NCBI GenBank assembly: GCA_035084275.1 | Contig: CM068756.1 | Location: 14,632,001 to 14,696,000 of the forward strand | Source: Hydrolagus colliei | Taxonomy: Eukaryota | Reading direction: 5' to 3' | DNA length: 64,000 nt | Shown here: positions 59,376 through 64,000 of the stretch, in pieces | Position numbering within the stretch: position 1 is the stretch's first letter | Layout of the letters: each line of letters starts with the position of its first letter | Position numbers and translations under genes: made by a program | Notes under the pieces: model-generated | What the model was told of the DNA's origin: nothing | Databases searched by the model: none | The model's input: the letters and a program-made list of their open reading frames with translations, nothing else

Positions 59376-60619
59376 CAAACGTTGTCAATAGGGAATCAGG
59401 ATGATGTAACATAGAGGAATCTGTGTCCTTTCTTGCTGCCCCATTGGTATCTCTCAAGCACAACTGTGGCTATCAATGATTTTACTTAGTTAAAAAAGGT
59501 AGTTACTTATTGGATAAATTATTTTAATGCTTGGCATTGGATTTTCCCTCCTCTACACATTCCACCTCATATGATCATACCACCAGTGCCACTGCCTCCT
59601 CTCAGCAAATAGTAGCCTCGATCAGGTAGATCAACACCACCAAAAATTCAGAGAGCTTTGAGTCATTCCTTCCCACCCTTGACCTTCAAAAACCTACATT
59701 AAGACTTATTAGTTCAGCACTCTATAGGAACGTTTACCTCCTTCCTCATCTATCAATTCAAAACTCTACCCAAATTACAGAAATTTTCAATAGTGGTGTA
59801 AACAGATTTTATAACATTGTAATAATTTATTAAACATAAATTGTATTGATATCTTCATTACTCATTCTGTCTCTTCAGTATTAATGAAGTAACATTTGAT
59901 GTGGTTATTATATGTCTGATTAAGAATACATGGCACCCCTCATCTACCATTGTTACAAGATTAACACGAGAGTGTTCAAGTGATCAAATACTGTATCTAC
60001 AAAAAGTTACCTAATAGGAACCATCTAAATTTTTGACTTCATTGATTTTTGGGGATGTTTTAAAGTGATTTTTATGTCATTATATCAGAAGTTTTCAACT
60101 CCTAAAATGAACAGGGTATGCAGTTTTTCAATTATTATGATCTATTATTTAACAGTAAAATGGTTGTGTTTCACTGTATGTGTGATTATAGATAGCTATT
60201 ATGGATATATTAATGCAACAATCGATATGAGCTACAAAACGGGATCTCTTCCATCAAATTTTTTAATGTTTCCTGGTCCACTATTACTAAATTTTCATGT
60301 CATGAAAATTTAAAACAATATAACAACAAATTACATTTATAGAGCACCTTTCACGTCGGGAGGATGTCGAAGGCGCTGAAATATAATAAATATTTACCAT
60401 GGCACAGCACATTTCATGTCGGGAAGACATCCTAAAGTCCTCAATGGACTTGTCTGTTACCCAAGCTGTGGGTGGGAGTGAAGGGAAGGGCAAAGGTGAA
60501 TGAAAGGACAGTCAACTAGACTTCAAAGGGACCATGAAACAGGTGAGGGTGGGAGTGAATCAGAGCAACTTCAGGATTGAGTGCCAGAGTGGACACAGAT
60601 AGGCTGAAAACCAGATTGC

Positions 60620-62190
60620 TTCCCTCTCCTCAGGAACCGTCCGTACCTCCCTTGAAACAGCCACCATCACCCCTATCCTGAAGAAACCCTCCCTTGATGC
60701 GTCGCAACCATCAAGTTATCGACCCATCTCCAACCTCCCATTTCTATCCAAGGTCCTTGAAAGAGTGGTTGCCTCCCAGCTCCGCTCTTTCCTTTCAAAT
60801 CACTCACTTCTTGAACCCCTCCAATCAGGTTTCCGCCCTATCCACAGCACAGAAACTGCCCTGGTTAAGGTCACAAATGACATCCTAACCGCCTGTGACC
60901 AGCGCTCCCTCTGCCTCCTCGTCCTCCTTGACCTGTCTGCTGCGTTCGACACAGTCGATCACACCATCCTCCTTCAACGTCTTTCCTCCCACCTCAACCT
61001 TCAAGGCACAGTCCTTGAATGGTTCCATTCTTATTTGACCCACCGTTTACATTTTGTTTCTTCCAATGGCTTTTCTTCAAACCCCCGCACAGTTTCCCAC
61101 GGCGTCCCTCAGGGCTCTGTCCTCGGTCCCCTTCTTTTCACCCTTTACACCCTCCCCCTGGGCGACGTCATCCGCAAACATGGGGTAAATTTCCACATGT
61201 ATGCGGATGACACCCAGTTGTACCTTTCTGCCTCATCCCTCAACCCCCAGACGATCGATGTTCCGACAGCATGTCTGTCCGACATCGAATCGTGGACGAG
61301 GGACAACTTTTTGCAATTGAACGTGAATAAGACCGAGGCCCTCCTGATTGGCTCAAGCCAGCGCCTCCACACATCGGGCGCTGCCAGCCTCAACATCCAA
61401 GGCTGCACTCTCCACCTCACAAAGCCAGTCAGGAACCTCGGCATCATGTTCGATCAAAAACTTTCCTTCCTCCCCCACATCCGCACCTTGACCGGCACTG
61501 CCTATTTCCATCTGCGCAACATTGCCAGGCTCCGCAACTATCTTAACCCCCGCGCTGCAGAAACACTTGTGCATGCTTACATCACCTCATGGCTGGATTA
61601 CGGAAATTCTCTCCTAGTCGGCCTCCCCAGTTCCTCCATTCATAGGCTGCAGGCCATTCAAAACTCTGCAGCCCGTGTACTATCCCGCACCCGCCTCCGT
61701 GACCACATAACCCCACCCTCGTCCGTCTCCACTGGCTCCCCATCCTCCAGAGGATCGAGTTTAAGATCCTCGTCCTCACCTACAAGGCCTTACACGGCCT
61801 TGCCCCATCCTACCTAACCGATCTACTCACCCCCTACACGCCCACCCGGACCCTCCGTTCAACAGGACTTGGCCTGCTCCAAGCCCCCCGCCCGAACCGC
61901 CCCACCATCGGAGGCCGGGCCTTCAGTTTCTCCACTCCCACCTTATGGAATGCCATCCCTCAATCCCTCCGTTTCGCCTCTTCCCTTTCCTCTTTCAAGG
62001 CCGGTTTGAAGACTTTCCTCTTCGATCGTGCCTTTTGTTCTACCCCGAATTCTTTTACCTCCCCTTCGTGTTTCACCCCTTCCCTAACACTCCCCTCCCA
62101 GCTCGGGTCACACGCCTCTTGTTCAGCGCCTTGGGACGCCTCCCGACGTGAAAGGCGCTCTATAAATGTAAATTGTTGTTGTTGTTGTTG
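60620..62190 (+). mobile_element. Young L2 LINE, 5'-truncated (~1.57 kb), RT domain nearly intact
   Basis: [45 protein letters not shown]; one frameshift near 61710; (TTG)n tail. Confidence 0.95.
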
Positions 62191-62425
62191 CTTCAGTGCT
62201 CTGGGTCTGCTACTCACCTTGTTTAATTATTGCTGATGGAAATTCAGAGATTGGGTGCAGCTAATCAATATATTGTGTAAGAGAGTGAACTTTGAATCAC
62301 TTTATTTATTGGGGGCAAGTTCGCATTTTGTTCCTGAACTCAAATATTTTACATTGTGGCAATCAACTCTCAGTGAACCATAAAGAGGCAGGTACTATAC
62401 ACAGGACACTCAGTAATGATGATCA

Positions 62426-63082
62426 TAATAAAAATAATCCTTGCAATTGACACGGCGCTTTGCACGTCTTCTAGACGTCTCAAAGCGTTTCACAGAATAT
62501 ACTGTAAAGTGAATTGATTGTACTTTTGTGGATGAAATGCAGCAGCCAATTGTGCACAGCAGTATCCCACAAACAGTCGTGGATTGAAATGACCAATTTT
62601 ATTATTGTTTTTTTTGGGATTATTGTTAGGGGTGTGGAGTAAGGAAACTTGCCCAAGGTTTCACCCTGACCTGCCTGGATTCAAACACAGGTCTCACGCT
62701 TGTGAGGCAAGTGCTCTAACCACTGAGCAGCAGGATTCCACTATATAATAAAAATAATAACAAAAATAATAATAATAATCCTTGCATTTGATATAGCACT
62801 TTTCAAATCTTATTGATGTCTCAAAGCGCTTCACAGAATATACTGTAAAATGAATTGAATGTTTATATTTGTGGGTGAAACGCGGCAGTGGATTGTGCAC
62901 AGTGGTGTCCCACAAACAGTCATGGATTAAATTGACAAATGTTTAGTACAGTGTTGTGTTTTTTTGGACGGATTAGTATTGGGTAAGGAAACTTACCCAA
63001 GGTTTCACCCTGATCTGCCTGGATTCGAACACAGGTCTCACTCTTGTAAAGCGAGTGCTCTAACCACTGAGCTACAGGAGCT
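62426..63082 (-). mobile_element. Two tandem Deu-type SINEs (62426-62739, 62765-63082)
   Basis: Full-length family matches. Confidence 0.85.
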
Positions 63083-63089
63083 CGAAATA

Positions 63090-63530
63090 TTTGTACAGTG
63101 TCGGCAAAATGTCCTGAAGTGCTGGACAGTTAAGGATTGGCACCCAAACTGGTGAATGGGATCAAGAGGGGTAAAGGGCAGGGCGGGGAGGGTAGGAGTA
63201 GGAGGGTGACCAAAGGCAGAGTCAAAGAGGAGGGTCTTGAGACGGGTCTTGAAGGAGGTAATGGTGGAAGGACTGCAGGATGGAGTTCTAACAGGTAGGG
63301 CCAGAGTGACTGAAGGCCCACCCGACAATGGTGGGGGAGATGAGGTGGGGGGAACATGAAGCAGGCTGGGGCCCAATGAGTGCACGGAGTAGACCGGTTG
63401 GTAGGGGGGTTAATAGGTCACAGAGGAAGTGGGGAGGGTCAGGGGTGGGGAGATGGGGGAAGAGAGAGAGTACATGGAGGGCTTTGATGGTGAGGATCTG
63501 GATCTTGGATGATCCAGATCCTCACCATGT
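63090..63530 (-). mobile_element. L2 3' fragment
   Basis: SFKTRLKTLLFDSAF remnant on the minus strand. Confidence 0.75.
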
Positions 63531-63685
63531 AACTCCTCCATTACAACAATATGCCCTCCAGGTAGGGTAGGTCCTCAGAGCGCTTGCAACAGGAGTCAGA
63601 GGAATTGCTCCTCCATTATAAACAAGCTTCCCCACCGCCCCCACACACACACCAGATAAAAAGGCAAGAAGGATTATTAGTACAG

Positions 63686-63935
63686 TAATAATAATAATAA
63701 TCCTTGCATTTGATGTAGCTCTTTTCAGGTCTTCTAGATGTCTCAAAGCACTTCACAGAATATATTGTAAAGTGAATTGACTGTATATATAATATGCATA
63801 ATGCTTGCATCTGATAAAGCACTATATTATGTAATTGCTCCATCTCAAAGTACTTCACAGGTTATACTGTAAAGTGTAGTGACTGTGTATTTGGGGGGCG
63901 AAATGCAGCAGCAATTTGTATACAACAGTGCCCTA
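63686..63935 (-). mobile_element. Partial Deu-type SINE sequence
   Basis: Tail and core match. Confidence 0.7.
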
Positions 63936-64000
63936 CGGTCGCAGTCACAGTTTGAGTGCACAATTTTATTTGAAGAATATTTGGCCAGGGCACCATGAGA

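Overview
AT-rich, CpG-depleted vertebrate genomic DNA. It is most likely from a cartilaginous fish, inferred from Deu-domain SINEs, L2/CR1 LINE fragments and a shark-type Penelope-like hairpin. The window holds a tandem cluster of five + strand immunoglobulin-superfamily receptor loci with the exon plan leader / germline-joined VJ-type V / single C1 / TM / cytoplasmic exons. I reconstructed these by hand from splice sites and reading-frame continuity. R1 (5' end outside the window), R2 and R5 have uncharged TMs and tails built from tandemly repeated ITIM+ITSM exons that resemble SIRP-alpha. R3 has an unrelated TM with an N-x-x-R motif and essentially no tail, which is the activating, FcR-gamma/CD3-zeta-coupled type. 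R4 is a frameshifted leader+V pseudogene. The headline observation: the V and C1 exons of activating R3 and inhibitory R5 are about 97.5% identical (8/321 and 8/312 nt differ), while their leaders are about 83% identical, their introns about 70% by eye, and their TM/tail exons unrelated. This is the signature of a paired activating/inhibitory receptor system kept matched by exon-limited gene conversion. The remainder is dense in SINEs and LINE fragments and includes a 1.5-kb TIR transposon carrying an RTE fragment. Family names come from motif recognition only; no database search was possible.
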